Source of the DNA: Candidatus Marinacidobacterium sp.
GTDB lineage: Bacteria; Acidobacteriota; Vicinamibacteria; Marinacidobacterales; Marinacidobacteraceae
Reading direction: 5' to 3'
Length of the DNA: 64,000 nt
Assembly (NCBI GenBank): GCA_965204755.1
Contig: OZ242011.1
Location: 2,656,001 to 2,720,000 of the forward strand
In this document: piece by piece, positions 18,493-28,153 of the stretch
Numbering within the stretch: position 1 is the first letter of the stretch
Layout: each line of letters begins with the position of its first letter
Translations under genes and position numbers: made by a program
The notes under the pieces: model-generated
The model's database searches: none
Told to the model about the DNA's origin: nothing
The model's input: only the letters and a program-made list of their open reading frames with translations

Positions 18493-20256
18493 ATGCTCCC
18501 GCTCCGTTCCCGAACCGCCCGACTCCCCGCCGCCCTCCTCGCGTTCGCCGCGCTCGCCGCCTGCGGGGGTGGGCCGCCGCCGGATGGGGGGCCCGCCGAC
18601 CTGGTGCTCCTCGGGGGCCGGGTGGTCACCGTTGACGACGCGGTTCCGGAAGGAGAAGCGCTCGCTGTCCGCGGCGACCGGATCGCCGCTGTCGGTTCCA
18701 CCGGCGACATCGAGCGGTATGTCGGCCCGGGCACCGAAGTGATCGAACTCGACGGCCGGCTGGCCATCCCCGGGTTCATCGAGGGCCACGGCCACTTCAT
18801 GGGCGTCGGCGACGCGCAGATGATCCTGAAGTTGGGCGAATCGGAGAACTGGAACCGCATCGTGGCCCTCGTCGCCGAAGCCGTCGCCGAAGCCCCGGCC
18901 GGCGCGTGGATCGAAGGCCGCGGCTGGCACCAGGAGAAGTGGGACGAAATCCCGCCCGGCGCGGTGGAAGGGCTGCCGCACCACCTCGGCCTCTCCGAGA
19001 TCTCCCCGGAGCACCCGGTCTTCCTCCGCCACGCCAGCGGGCACGCCGCGTTCGCCAACGCGCTCGCCATGGAACTCGCCGGGATCACCGACGAAACGCC
19101 CGACCCGCCCGGCGGCACGATCGTCCGCGGCGCCGACGGCCGGGCCACCGGCGCGCTGCGCGAAACCGCCCAGCGCCTGGTGGCCCGCGCGCGCGACCGC
19201 GCCCTCGCCGAACGGAGCGAGGCCGAGATCCGCGCCGAGCGGGAACTCCAACTCGAACTCGCCGCCGAGGAATCGCTGCGGAAGGGCGTAACCAGTTTCC
19301 AGGACGCCGGCTCCTCGTTCGAGACCATCGCCTTCTTCCGGGAGATGGCCGAAGCCGGGCGGCTCCCGCTCCGGCTCTATGTGATGGTGCGCGGGGAATC
19401 GAACGAAGAGATGGACGCCCGCCTCCCCGACTACTTCCTGGAGAACCACGCGAACGGTTACCTCACCGTCCGCTCGATCAAGCGGGTGGTGGACGGCGCG
19501 CTCGGCGCGCACGGCGCCTGGCTGCTCGCGCCGTACGAGGACATGCCCTCGAGCGAGGGCCTCGTCATCGAGGAACTCGCGGACATCGAAGAGACCGCCC
19601 GCCTCGCCATCCGCCACGGCTTCCAGGTGAACACCCACGCCATCGGCGACCGGGGCAACCGGGAGATCCTCGACCTCTACGAGCGCGCCTTCGCCGAAGC
19701 GGGCGTGGACGGACGGGGCCTCCGCTTTCGCATCGAACACGCGCAGCACCTCGACCCGGACGACATCCCCCGGTTCGGCGAACTGGGCGTGATCGCTTCG
19801 ATGCAGGCGGTCCACGCCACCTCGGACGGCCCCTGGGTGCCGGAGAAACTCGGCGAACGGCGCGCCCGCGAGGGCGCTTACCCCTGGCGCGCGCTCCTCG
19901 ACAGCGGCGCGGTGGTGACGAACGGCACCGACGCCCCGGTGGAGGATGTGGACCCGATCGCCAGTTACCACGCCTCGATCACCCGCGAACTCGCCGACGG
20001 CAGCCGGTTCCATCCGGAGCAGGCGATGACCCGCGAGGAAGCGCTCCATTCCTACACGCTCGCGAACGCCTGGGCCGCCTTCGAAGAGGAGGTCAAGGGG
20101 AGCCTGACCCCGGGCAAGTACGCGGACATCGTGGTGCTCGACCGGGACATCCTCGCCGTCCCCGAAGACGAAGTGCGGGATGCCCGCGTCACCCTCACCA
20201 TCGTCGGCGGCCAAGTCCGCTACCGCGCCGAAGACGCCGCCGCCGAAACTCGGTAA
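18493..20256 (+). CDS. Amidohydrolase family 3 (YtcJ-like) lipoprotein
   Basis: LAAC lipobox; PGFIEGHGH, DGALG, HAIGD, RIEHAQ, GTDAPV, GKYADIVVL. Confidence 0.9.
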   Translation: MLPLRSRTARLPAALLAFAALAACGGGPPPDGGPADLVLLGGRVVTVDDAVPEGEALAVRGDRIAAVGSTGDIERYVGPGTEVIELDGRLAIPGFIEGHGHFMGVGDAQMILKLGESENWNRIVALVAEAVAEAPAGAWIEGRGWHQEKWDEIPPGAVEGLPHHLGLSEISPEHPVFLRHASGHAAFANALAMELAGITDETPDPPGGTIVRGADGRATGALRETAQRLVARARDRALAERSEAEIRAERELQLELAAEESLRKGVTSFQDAGSSFETIAFFREMAEAGRLPLRLYVMVRGESNEEMDARLPDYFLENHANGYLTVRSIKRVVDGALGAHGAWLLAPYEDMPSSEGLVIEELADIEETARLAIRHGFQVNTHAIGDRGNREILDLYERAFAEAGVDGRGLRFRIEHAQHLDPDDIPRFGELGVIASMQAVHATSDGPWVPEKLGERRAREGAYPWRALLDSGAVVTNGTDAPVEDVDPIASYHASITRELADGSRFHPEQAMTREEALHSYTLANAWAAFEEEVKGSLTPGKYADIVVLDRDILAVPEDEVRDARVTLTIVGGQVRYRAEDAAAETR

Positions 20257-20296
20257 CCCGGAAACGCAGCCCGCGCACCGGACACCAAACCCGCCC

Positions 20297-22138
20297 ATGA
20301 AACCCCCCTCCCGATCCAACCGCCTGGCGGCCGCCGCCGCCGCCCTCTCGCTCGCCTCGGCGGCTATCGCCTCCGCCCAGTGGACACCGGAGCCCGACCT
20401 GATCCTCCGGGGCGGCGAAATCCGCACCGTGGACGCCGAGGACTCCATCGTCGAAGCCCTCGCGGTGAAGGACGGCCGCCTCGTCGCCGTCGGCGCCGCC
20501 GCGGAAGTCAGCGCCCTCGCCGGCCCGGCGACCCGCATCGTCGAGTTGGACGGCCGCACGGTCATACCCGGCCTCCAGGACTCCCACATCCACTTCCTGC
20601 CGCTCGGCCTCGACATCACCACCGGCGTCGAACTCAGTTACGCCGAGTCCGCGGAAGAGATCGCGGAAGGCGTCCGCTCCCGGATCGCCGAGTCCCGCAT
20701 TCCCCCGGGGGAATGGGTGGTCGGCCGAAGGTGGGACCAGCACAAGTATCCGGTCATGGTCACCCGCCGGCAACTCGACGAAGCCGCGCCGGACAATCCG
20801 GTCGCGCTCTACCGCGTGTACCGCGGCGTCGCGGTGAACACGGAAGTATTCCGCCGGATGGGGATCGAGGACGGCGACTCCTCCACCTGGCCGGACTGGT
20901 GGCTGGAAGACCCCGCCGACTTCACCTTCGAGGACCAGATCCTCCGCGAGCCCCGCGAACTTGTCGTGGACGGGGAAACCGTGACCCGCGAAGTCCCGAC
21001 CGGCGTTTTCCTAGGCAGCCGGGCCTCGCGCCTGGTCACCGAACGGCCGCCGCCGAACGACTTCGAGGACGAAGTGGAGAGCGTCCGGCTGGGCGTGGCG
21101 GAGTTGCTCTCGCTGGGCATAACCGCGATCGTCGACCCCTCCTCGCGGATGGGCCACCACATGAAGATCTACCAGGAGGCGGCGAACCGGGGCCACCTGC
21201 GCGTGCGCATCGCCGCGGTGTACGAAGGCACCTTCAACACCCACCCGCCGGAGGAGATCGCCGGCTACCTCGGCGCGCTCCGCGTCAACAACCTGGGCGA
21301 CGACTTCCTCCGCTGGCGCGGCGCGAAGGTGTACGGCGACGGCGGCGTGGGCACGCGCAGCGCCTGGATGTCCGAGCCGTTCCACATGTGGGAGGAACTC
21401 GAAGGCGAGGAGAACCTCGGCAACCCGGTCGTCCGCGACTACGACCTGCGCGAGGCGCAGTACCGGGCGATCCGCTCCCACGGCTGGGACCTCCATACCC
21501 ACAGTTGCGGCGACCGGGCGATGCGCCAGACGGTGGATCTCTACAAGGTCCTCCTCGACGAACTCGCCGCCGAAAGCGGCGGCGAACTCCCCGACCTCCG
21601 CTGGAGCGTCATCCACGCGTACTTCCCCATCGAACCGAAGACGCGCGTCCTCGACGACATGGCGCGTTACGGCATCGTCGCCGCCACGAACCCGGTGTTC
21701 AACTGGCAACAGGGCTTCTCGTTCGCCACGAACTCCGGCCCCGCCCGCATGGCCCGGCTGCAGCCGTTCCGCAGTTACATGCGCGGCGGCGTCGTCATGG
21801 CCTCCGGCTCCGACTACGGCGTGACCACCCACGACCCGTGGATGGGGTTCTACGCCCTGCTCACCCGCAGGGACCAGAAGTCCGGCCTGGTCTTCGGCGA
21901 AGACGAGACGGTCACCATCGCCGAGGCGCTGCGCTCCTACACGCTGAACGGCGCCTACCTCACCCACGACGACGACGAACGCGGCAGCCTCGAACCCGGC
22001 AAGAAGGCCGACCTGGTGGTGCTCGACCTGCCGAGCCTCGACCGACTGGCGGAAGACCCGGAACTCCTCTTCTCCATGCGCGAACGCATCGTCGCCACGC
22101 TGGTCGAAGGACGGGTCGAGCACGGCGCGCTGGAGTAG
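20297..22138 (+). CDS. Amidohydrolase family 3, secreted
   Basis: Signal peptide; PGLQDSHIH, GDGGVG, THSCGD, GSDY, GSLEPGKKADLVVL. Confidence 0.9.
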   Translation: MKPPSRSNRLAAAAAALSLASAAIASAQWTPEPDLILRGGEIRTVDAEDSIVEALAVKDGRLVAVGAAAEVSALAGPATRIVELDGRTVIPGLQDSHIHFLPLGLDITTGVELSYAESAEEIAEGVRSRIAESRIPPGEWVVGRRWDQHKYPVMVTRRQLDEAAPDNPVALYRVYRGVAVNTEVFRRMGIEDGDSSTWPDWWLEDPADFTFEDQILREPRELVVDGETVTREVPTGVFLGSRASRLVTERPPPNDFEDEVESVRLGVAELLSLGITAIVDPSSRMGHHMKIYQEAANRGHLRVRIAAVYEGTFNTHPPEEIAGYLGALRVNNLGDDFLRWRGAKVYGDGGVGTRSAWMSEPFHMWEELEGEENLGNPVVRDYDLREAQYRAIRSHGWDLHTHSCGDRAMRQTVDLYKVLLDELAAESGGELPDLRWSVIHAYFPIEPKTRVLDDMARYGIVAATNPVFNWQQGFSFATNSGPARMARLQPFRSYMRGGVVMASGSDYGVTTHDPWMGFYALLTRRDQKSGLVFGEDETVTIAEALRSYTLNGAYLTHDDDERGSLEPGKKADLVVLDLPSLDRLAEDPELLFSMRERIVATLVEGRVEHGALE

Positions 22139-22212
22139 CGCCCCGCGCCGGGCGGCCGGCGCTCCCCGGCCCGCCTCCCGACCCCGCTGCCGGCGGGCGC
22201 TTCCGGGTGGAT

Positions 22213-22241
22213 TTGACACGGGCGTCCGGTTGGGCTAAAAA
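22213..22241 (+). promoter_or_regulatory. Sigma-70-type promoter
   Basis: TTGACA (22213-22218), 17-bp spacer, TAAAAA (22236-22241) in an otherwise very GC-rich intergenic region. Confidence 0.6.
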
Positions 22242-22321
22242 CGCGGTAACGGGCTGCGCCCGAACCGGAAACCCGCAGACACGAAGGAGGTCGGAGATGA
22301 ACGCACCGCCGGACGACTCGC

Positions 22322-22532
22322 TTCTCCGGGCTCCGGCTGCCGGTTTTCGGGCCGGCGCCGGAGCCCGGAGAAACCCGGCCGATCTCCCGGGGTCCTAGTT
22401 CGACCGAGAGAGGCGGCAGCGGCGCCGATTCGGGCCGGCGGCGGGGCGAATCCCCCGACCACCGCCCGATCAGGTTTCGCACCGCGCGGAAGCCGGATGG
22501 CTTCAATCGGACATGCGAAGGGACTCCGGGAG
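22322..22532 (+). ncRNA. Candidate structured RNA (16-bp hairpin followed by a ~150-nt rod; 6S-like or cis-regulatory leader)
   Basis: Perfect inverted repeat 22322-22337/22357-22372; CTCCCGGGGTCCT (from 22384) pairs with GGGACTCCGGGAG (to 22532), with nested TTCG/CGAA, CCGA/TCGG and GAGGC/GCTTC pairings. Confidence 0.4.
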
Positions 22533-22537
22533 TTTCC

Positions 22538-23761
22538 ATGTACGGCGGCGCCGGCGACCGCGCCGTTCCCCCCGATACCGACCCTGCGCGGGTAACCGGC
22601 CGCGCCGGCGGCCGCCGAGCCGCCGCGGCGATCCTCCCGCCGGCGCTCGTCTTGGCCGCGCTGGCCGCCGGCTGCGACGCCCGCCTCCACCTCTACATCC
22701 ACGGCGGCCGGGAGACCCTGCTCCCCGGCCGCGCCTACGGCGACGCCCTGGTCACCCAGGGCACGGTCGCCTCCGTGCCCCCCGGCCGCGCGCTTCCCCC
22801 GGGGGAACCGGCCCGCCGCTTCGTGCTCCGGCACCCGGCGCGCTTCCCCGACTGGAACGGCGCCTTGGTCATCGGCGCGCACCACGGTCTCGGCGGCATC
22901 CGCCGCGGCGCGGACGGCGAAGCGCTCGGAACCGGCGAAACCGCCCTCGACGGCCTGGTCGGCGCCTGGGCGCTGGAACGGGGATTCGCCTGGGCGAGTT
23001 TCGACCGCGCCGGGCTCGGCGCCGGGCCGGAGGCCTACCGCCTCACCGAGGCGTTCGCCCGCCTCATGTTCGAGCAGGTGCGCCCCCGCCTGGCGCAGGA
23101 GCCGGACCGCACGATCCTGCTCGGCTACGCCGAAGGCGGCGGCCTCGCCCGCTACGCCGCCGCCGCCGGGGACGAGACCTTCGACGGCATCGTCCTGGTC
23201 GCCGCCACGCTCGGCGACCCCGCCGGCGCGGCCCGCCGCCGCGAAGCGCGCCTCGCCCTCGGCATCGACTGGAACGCCCTCCCTTCGGACACGGGATCCG
23301 ACGACGTCCCGGCGAACGACGCCCTGCTGCGCGATCGCCCCGACCTCCGCGCCTACGCCGCCGCCGCCGGGATCGGCCTCGAAGGCCGGCGCTTCTGGCC
23401 GTTCCACGACGCCCGGGCCGCGGCCTACCCCGCTCCCGTGCTCCCCGCGCCCCCCGCCGGCCTCCTCCGCCCGGTGTTCGAAGTCGCGGGGACGCTCGAC
23501 GACTTCGTACTCCCCGAAGTCCTCGCCTACCGAGAGCGGGTGCAGGCCGCCGGCGCCGCCGCCCTCCACGACCTGCGCCTCGTCCCCGGCGCCTGGCGCG
23601 CGGGCCCGCGCGGCGACATCGCGGCCGAGTTCGCCGCCCGCGCCGAAGCCCTCGGCCTCGCCCCCCGCCACCGCGCCGCCCTCGCCACCGGCGCGCCCCT
23701 CGCCCCCGCCGTCCGCCAAGCCCTCACCGACCTCCACACCCGCCTCCGCTCCGGGGAGTAG
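22538..23761 (+). CDS. Putative alpha/beta-hydrolase-like lipoprotein (tannase/feruloyl esterase-like N-terminus)
   Basis: AAGC lipobox; RFVLRHP..DWNGALVI; LLGYAEGG at the nucleophile-elbow position. Start uncertain. Confidence 0.5.
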   Translation: MYGGAGDRAVPPDTDPARVTGRAGGRRAAAAILPPALVLAALAAGCDARLHLYIHGGRETLLPGRAYGDALVTQGTVASVPPGRALPPGEPARRFVLRHPARFPDWNGALVIGAHHGLGGIRRGADGEALGTGETALDGLVGAWALERGFAWASFDRAGLGAGPEAYRLTEAFARLMFEQVRPRLAQEPDRTILLGYAEGGGLARYAAAAGDETFDGIVLVAATLGDPAGAARRREARLALGIDWNALPSDTGSDDVPANDALLRDRPDLRAYAAAAGIGLEGRRFWPFHDARAAAYPAPVLPAPPAGLLRPVFEVAGTLDDFVLPEVLAYRERVQAAGAAALHDLRLVPGAWRAGPRGDIAAEFAARAEALGLAPRHRAALATGAPLAPAVRQALTDLHTRLRSGE

Positions 23762-23806
23762 CGAGCCCCCGGAAAACAGGCCGGTCTCCCTATACTGACT
23801 TCATTC

Positions 23807-24958
23807 ATGGCAAGGGGTTCGGGTAACGGGCCGTTCCGCCCCGGCGCAGGCGTTCCGCCGCCGGTCCTGGCCGGACGGGAGACCGAACAGGCGATGTTTC
23901 GCCGTACGGTGCAAGGCCTTTCGGCCCGGGTCCCGCCGCCGGCCGACGCCGTTCTGTACGGGCCGCGCGGCAACGGGAAGACCTCGCTTCTCGCCTGGTT
24001 GGCCGCCGAGGCGAAAGCGGTGCGCGGCGTGGACGCGCTCCTCTTGGATCCGTCGGAGATACCGGATACCGCGGCGCTGGCGGCGCGGCTCGCGCGGCGT
24101 CCGTTCCGGCGGCCGTTCGCGCCGGCCGAGACCACCGTTCGCGGAGTCACTTCGCAACGCTCCCCCGGTGAGGGGACGCGGTTGCTCCGTGAGACCCTGG
24201 AGCGGCGCGTTCGTCGGCGAGGTTCGATCCTGCTGTTCGACGAGGCGCACACCCTGCCGCCGGAAGTCGGGCGGCCCCTGCTGACCGTGAGCCAGCAGGT
24301 GCGGTCCCGCGGACTTCGATTCCTGTTGGTCTTGGCGGGCACTCCGGATCTTCGCGACCGGCTCGCGGAAACCGACGCCACCTTCTGGAATCGGAGCGAA
24401 ATCCACCCCATCGGGCGCCTGGGCGCCGAAGCCAGCGCGCAAGCGATTCGCGAGCCGCTTGCCGACGACGGGATCACGATTCCGGACGATGCGCTCGATC
24501 GCGTTCTGGCCGAATGCCACGGGTACCCCTTCTTCCTCCAACTCTGGGGTGACGCCTTGTGGAAGCGAGCCGACGCGGCGCGCCGCGACGGGGCCGCACC
24601 CGCGGTGACTGTCGAGGCCGTGGATCTCGCGGCTTCGGAGTCCGAGCGGCGGAAGCGCTTGTACTACCTCGACCGGTACCGCGAGATGGAGAAGGCTGAA
24701 CTGCTCGAGGTGGCCGCCTCGGTCGCGGAGGCCTTCGCAGAATCTCCGAAGGTCTCCTCGGCGCAACTTCGCGCGGCCATCGCCGCCGGGATCGGGGACG
24801 GCTCCGATCCCGCGCGCATCGACAGCGCCGAGACGACGCTGCGGCAGACGGGTTTCGTCTGGCGAGGGGGCGGCGACACCCGGTGGGAACCCGGAATCCC
24901 GAGTCTCATGGATTACATGCGGGAAGAAACCGCCAAGAACATCGTGGCGGCGCGGTAG
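23807..24958 (+). CDS. AAA-family ATPase (AAA_16/ORC-Cdc6-like, probable C-terminal winged helix), paralog 1
   Basis: PFRPGAGVPPPVLAGRE, YGPRGNGKT (Walker A), LLFDEAH (Walker B), LAGTP, GYPFFLQ, WEPGIPSLMDY. Confidence 0.85.
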   Translation: MARGSGNGPFRPGAGVPPPVLAGRETEQAMFRRTVQGLSARVPPPADAVLYGPRGNGKTSLLAWLAAEAKAVRGVDALLLDPSEIPDTAALAARLARRPFRRPFAPAETTVRGVTSQRSPGEGTRLLRETLERRVRRRGSILLFDEAHTLPPEVGRPLLTVSQQVRSRGLRFLLVLAGTPDLRDRLAETDATFWNRSEIHPIGRLGAEASAQAIREPLADDGITIPDDALDRVLAECHGYPFFLQLWGDALWKRADAARRDGAAPAVTVEAVDLAASESERRKRLYYLDRYREMEKAELLEVAASVAEAFAESPKVSSAQLRAAIAAGIGDGSDPARIDSAETTLRQTGFVWRGGGDTRWEPGIPSLMDYMREETAKNIVAAR

Positions 24959-25010
24959 CAGGCTCGCGCGTCCGAATCGGGGAGCCTCGAGGCGTCCCCG
25001 ACAGCGGGAA

Positions 25011-25529
25011 CTACGACGACAGGTAGCGGGATTCCAGGATGCGGCGGTGGTGGACGGCGTGGCCGACGGTGTGGAAGCAGAGCGCCCGCACGGTGAACTC
25101 GAAGCCGCTGGCCCGGCCGCGGCGGTCGAGGGCGGCCTCGTCGAACGACCGCATCAACGACACCGTGGCGCGGCGGACCGAGTCCAACTCGTCCACCAGC
25201 GACGCGAGGCGCCGAGCGCCGTGCCCGGCGGCGGCCGCGTAGTCGTCCTGCTCCATACCCGGCATCGGCGCGCCGTCCCCGCGGGCGAAACAGAGCGCTC
25301 GAACGGCCATGATCCGCTCCACATCGGCGATGTGGCCGACGACCTCCTTCACCGACCACTTCCCCGGCGCGTAGCCGCGCGAAGCCGCCTCGTCGGAAAC
25401 CCCGGCGAGCAACTCCCGCAGCGCCTCCATCTCCGCGAGCGCCGCCGCCGGCAAGTCGCCTTCCGGTACGAACTCGATGACATCGCGGTAGTAGGCCGCG
25501 CACTCGTCCGGCCCCGGTCGTTTCCACAT
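25011..25529 (-). CDS. DinB/YfiT family protein
   Basis: YAPGKWSVKEVVGHIADVER...GHAVHH His triad. Confidence 0.88.
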   Translation of the reverse strand: MWKRPGPDECAAYYRDVIEFVPEGDLPAAALAEMEALRELLAGVSDEAASRGYAPGKWSVKEVVGHIADVERIMAVRALCFARGDGAPMPGMEQDDYAAAAGHGARRLASLVDELDSVRRATVSLMRSFDEAALDRRGRASGFEFTVRALCFHTVGHAVHHRRILESRYLSS

Positions 25530-25575
25530 GGCCCGGCATCGTACCCGCCCGATTCGCTCCGCCCGCCGCGCGGCG

Positions 25576-25607
25576 CCGAACCGAACCGAACCGAACCGAA
25601 CCCGAAC
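25576..25607. repeat. (CCGAA)n pentanucleotide tandem repeat
   Basis: Five perfect CCGAA units at 25576-25600 plus one unit offset by 1 nt, between divergent genes. Confidence 0.85.
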
Positions 25608-25663
25608 CGGCTCCCCGCCCGGCGGTACCATCCGGCGCCGCCCAGGAGGCCCGCCCCACGCCG

Positions 25664-26173
25664 ATGACCCGTTCCCGCTCCCGCAACGCCTTCCCGTTCC
25701 CCCTCGCCGCCCTCGCCGCCGCCGCGCTCGCCTTCGGCTGCTCCGCCCCGCCGGCGGACCACGCCGAAGGCGAGGAACACGAGCGGGCCGCGATGGAGAA
25801 GACCCGCCTCAGCGGCCGGATCCCCCCGGTCGGCCCCTACTCCGCCGGGGTGGACACCGGCGGCCTGGTCTTCCTCGCCGGGCAGATCGCCCTCGACCAC
25901 GAGGGCGGCGGGCTCGTCGAAGGCGGCATCACCGAACAGACCCACCAGGTCATGCAGAACCTCGGGGCCGTCCTCGAAGAGGCCGGGCTCGGTTTCGGCG
26001 ATGTGGTCCGCACCGGCGTCTTCCTCGCCGATGTGGAGGACTTCGCGGCCATGAACGAGGTGTACGCGTCCTACTTCCCGGAAGGCGCCATCCCCCCGGT
26101 GCGCACCACCGTCGCCGTCGCCGCCATCCCGCTGGGAGCGCTCGTCGAGATCGACATGATCGCGACGCGGTGA
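25664..26173 (+). CDS. RidA/YjgF/UK114 family protein with lipoprotein signal
   Basis: LAFGC lipobox; GPYS, LAGQI, FAAMNEVY, PVRTTVAV (catalytic Arg), LVEID. Confidence 0.88.
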   Translation: MTRSRSRNAFPFPLAALAAAALAFGCSAPPADHAEGEEHERAAMEKTRLSGRIPPVGPYSAGVDTGGLVFLAGQIALDHEGGGLVEGGITEQTHQVMQNLGAVLEEAGLGFGDVVRTGVFLADVEDFAAMNEVYASYFPEGAIPPVRTTVAVAAIPLGALVEIDMIATR

Positions 26174-26505
26174 CCGCCCGCGGGAAGAGCGCCCCGCCCT
26201 CCGATTCTCGACGCGAGGGCGGGAAGTCCCCGTTCGGCGCCGCGGCGGGACGCTCCTCCCACGGGGCCGGCGGCGCGAAACGCTCCGCGATTCCCCCCGC
26301 CATCTATCGCGGGTAGGGAGTTGCCCCCTCCCGGCGCCCCTTCCCGGTCGGCGCTTCGCGCCGACGAGCGCTCCCCGGACGGTCTCCGCCGGCTGTTGAA
26401 GCCCGCGACCACCCGCCCGCGCCCCGAGCCGCCGAACGGCGCGGACGACCCCTGAGCGCCACTTCCGCCCGGCGGGGCATCGCCGGGAGGACCGCCGCCC
26501 TGTTC

Positions 26506-27852
26506 GTGGTGGCGAACATGATCGGGACCGGGGTGTTCACCACCCTCGGCTTCCAGGTCGAGGCGGTGCCCTCCGCCTTCCCGGTGCTCATGCTGTGGCT
26601 GGTCGGCGGCGCGGTGGCGCTCGCCGGGGCGCTCACCTACGGCGAGTTGGGAGCCGCCTTCCCCAGGTCCGGGGGCGAGTACGCCCTCCTCCGCCGCACC
26701 TTCCACCCGGCCGCCGGCTTCGCCGCCGGCTTCATCTCCGCCACGGTGGGTTTCGGCGCGCCGACCGCCCTCGCCGCCTACGCCCTGGCCACCTACCTGC
26801 GGGCGCTCTGGCCCGGCATCGAACCGACGCACTTCGCCGCCGCCGTGGTCGCGCTGTTCACCGCCGCGCACTCGCTGCCCCTGCGGTGGGGCACCGGCCT
26901 CAACGACCTCCTCACCGCGGCCAAGATCCTGCTCGTCGCCGGCTTCTGCGCGCTCGGCTTCTTCGCCGCCGGCGCCGGCGCCCCGCTGCTGCCCCGACCG
27001 GGAGACCTCGGCCGCCTGGCCTCCCCCGGATTCGCGGTGTCCCTGGTGTTCGTGTCCTACGCCTACACCGGCTGGAACGCCGCCGCCTACATCGTCGGCG
27101 ACCTCCGGCGCCCGGAGCGGCTGGCGCGGGCGCTGGTCGCCGGCACCCTGTTGGTAACCGCGCTCTACCTGCTCGTGAACCTGGTCATCCTGCGCGCCGT
27201 GCCGCTCGAGGAACTCGCCGGGCGGATCGAGGTCGGCTACCTGGCCGCCGACCGCATCCTCGGCCCCGTCGGCGGCCGGGTGATGGCCGGGCTCATCGCG
27301 CTGGTGCTGGCCTCCACCGTCAGTTCCATGGTCTTCCTCGGCCCCCGCGTCGTCCGGGCGATGGGCGAGGACGAGCGTTTCCTGCGCCCGCTGGGCCGCT
27401 CCGGCCCGAGCGGCATCCCCCGCCGCGCGCTCCTCTTCCAGGGAGCGCTGACCCTGGTCTTCCTCTACTCCGGCGCCTTCGAGCAGGTATTGCTCTACGC
27501 CGGCTTCTCCCTGAACCTGATGACCGCGCTCACCGTCGCCGGCGTCTTCCGCCTCCGTGGCGGCCTGTTCGGCCGCCGACCGACCCTCGCCCCCGACAAC
27601 CCCGCCGCCCGCTTCCGCGCGCCCTTCTACCCTTGGACGCCGCTCTTCTTCCTCGCCATGAGCGCCTGGGCGCTCGGCTACACCCTGCTCGAACAGCCGG
27701 TCGAGTCCTCCTTCGGCCTCGCCACCGCCGGCCTCGGCATCCTCCTCTACCTGCTCTTCGCCCGCCGCCCGCCCCGCTCCCCTTCAGACCGCCGACGCGG
27801 TCGCGCGTTCGATGACCCGACTCAGACCGGAAGCCCGAAGATCGAGTCCTGA
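26506..27852 (+). CDS. APC-superfamily amino acid permease
   Basis: ANMIGTGVF, YGELGAAFPRSGGEY, YAYTGWN, multiple TM segments. The true start may be slightly upstream. Confidence 0.9.
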   Translation: MVANMIGTGVFTTLGFQVEAVPSAFPVLMLWLVGGAVALAGALTYGELGAAFPRSGGEYALLRRTFHPAAGFAAGFISATVGFGAPTALAAYALATYLRALWPGIEPTHFAAAVVALFTAAHSLPLRWGTGLNDLLTAAKILLVAGFCALGFFAAGAGAPLLPRPGDLGRLASPGFAVSLVFVSYAYTGWNAAAYIVGDLRRPERLARALVAGTLLVTALYLLVNLVILRAVPLEELAGRIEVGYLAADRILGPVGGRVMAGLIALVLASTVSSMVFLGPRVVRAMGEDERFLRPLGRSGPSGIPRRALLFQGALTLVFLYSGAFEQVLLYAGFSLNLMTALTVAGVFRLRGGLFGRRPTLAPDNPAARFRAPFYPWTPLFFLAMSAWALGYTLLEQPVESSFGLATAGLGILLYLLFARRPPRSPSDRRRGRAFDDPTQTGSPKIES

Positions 27853-27929
27853 CCGTTCGCCGCCTGGAGAGCAGGGAGCCTCGCATCCAGCGTAGCCAGC
27901 CGCCCATTCACATCCAGAAGACAGATCAC
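27822..27929 (-). pseudogene. Internally deleted VapC (PIN) toxin remnant
   Basis: GTGA overlap with the antitoxin stop; translates MICLLDVN|GRLATLDARLPALQAANGQDSIFGLPV, i.e. the PIN N-terminal LLDVN motif fused to the C-terminal GRLATLD motif. Confidence 0.65.
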
Positions 27930-28153
27930 GGAAAGTCGCTCAACGCCTTCCGCACATCCTCCGTCGTGATCGGGCGGGCGTCGGGTCTCACTCGAACACG
28001 GGGCAGGTCGTCCTTGGATTCGATCCTGCTCCGCTCACTGAAGCCGCGGCGAGCCAGTTGGGATACCGCGTCGCCCAAACTCTTCCCGGTGCGCGCGGCG
28101 AGGGCTCGCGCGACGGACAGCACATCGTCGTCGATCTTCAGAGTGGTTCGCAT
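27926..28153 (-). CDS. VapB-like ribbon-helix-helix antitoxin
   Basis: MRTTLKIDDDVLSVARALAARTGKSLGDAVSQLARRG...PITTEDV. Confidence 0.8.
   Translation of the reverse strand: MRTTLKIDDDVLSVARALAARTGKSLGDAVSQLARRGFSERSRIESKDDLPRVRVRPDARPITTEDVRKALSDFP

Noticed and set aside
22245-22537. tmRNA, SRP RNA, RNase P RNA, or glycine/cobalamin riboswitch
   Set aside because: The diagnostic motifs (tRNA-like ends and tag peptide, SRP GGAA loop motif, GAGGAAAGTCC, riboswitch cores) were not found; kept only as an unclassified structured RNA candidate.
25576-25607. CRISPR array
   Set aside because: Simple pentamer repeat without spacers; no cas genes or repeat-spacer array seen in the window.
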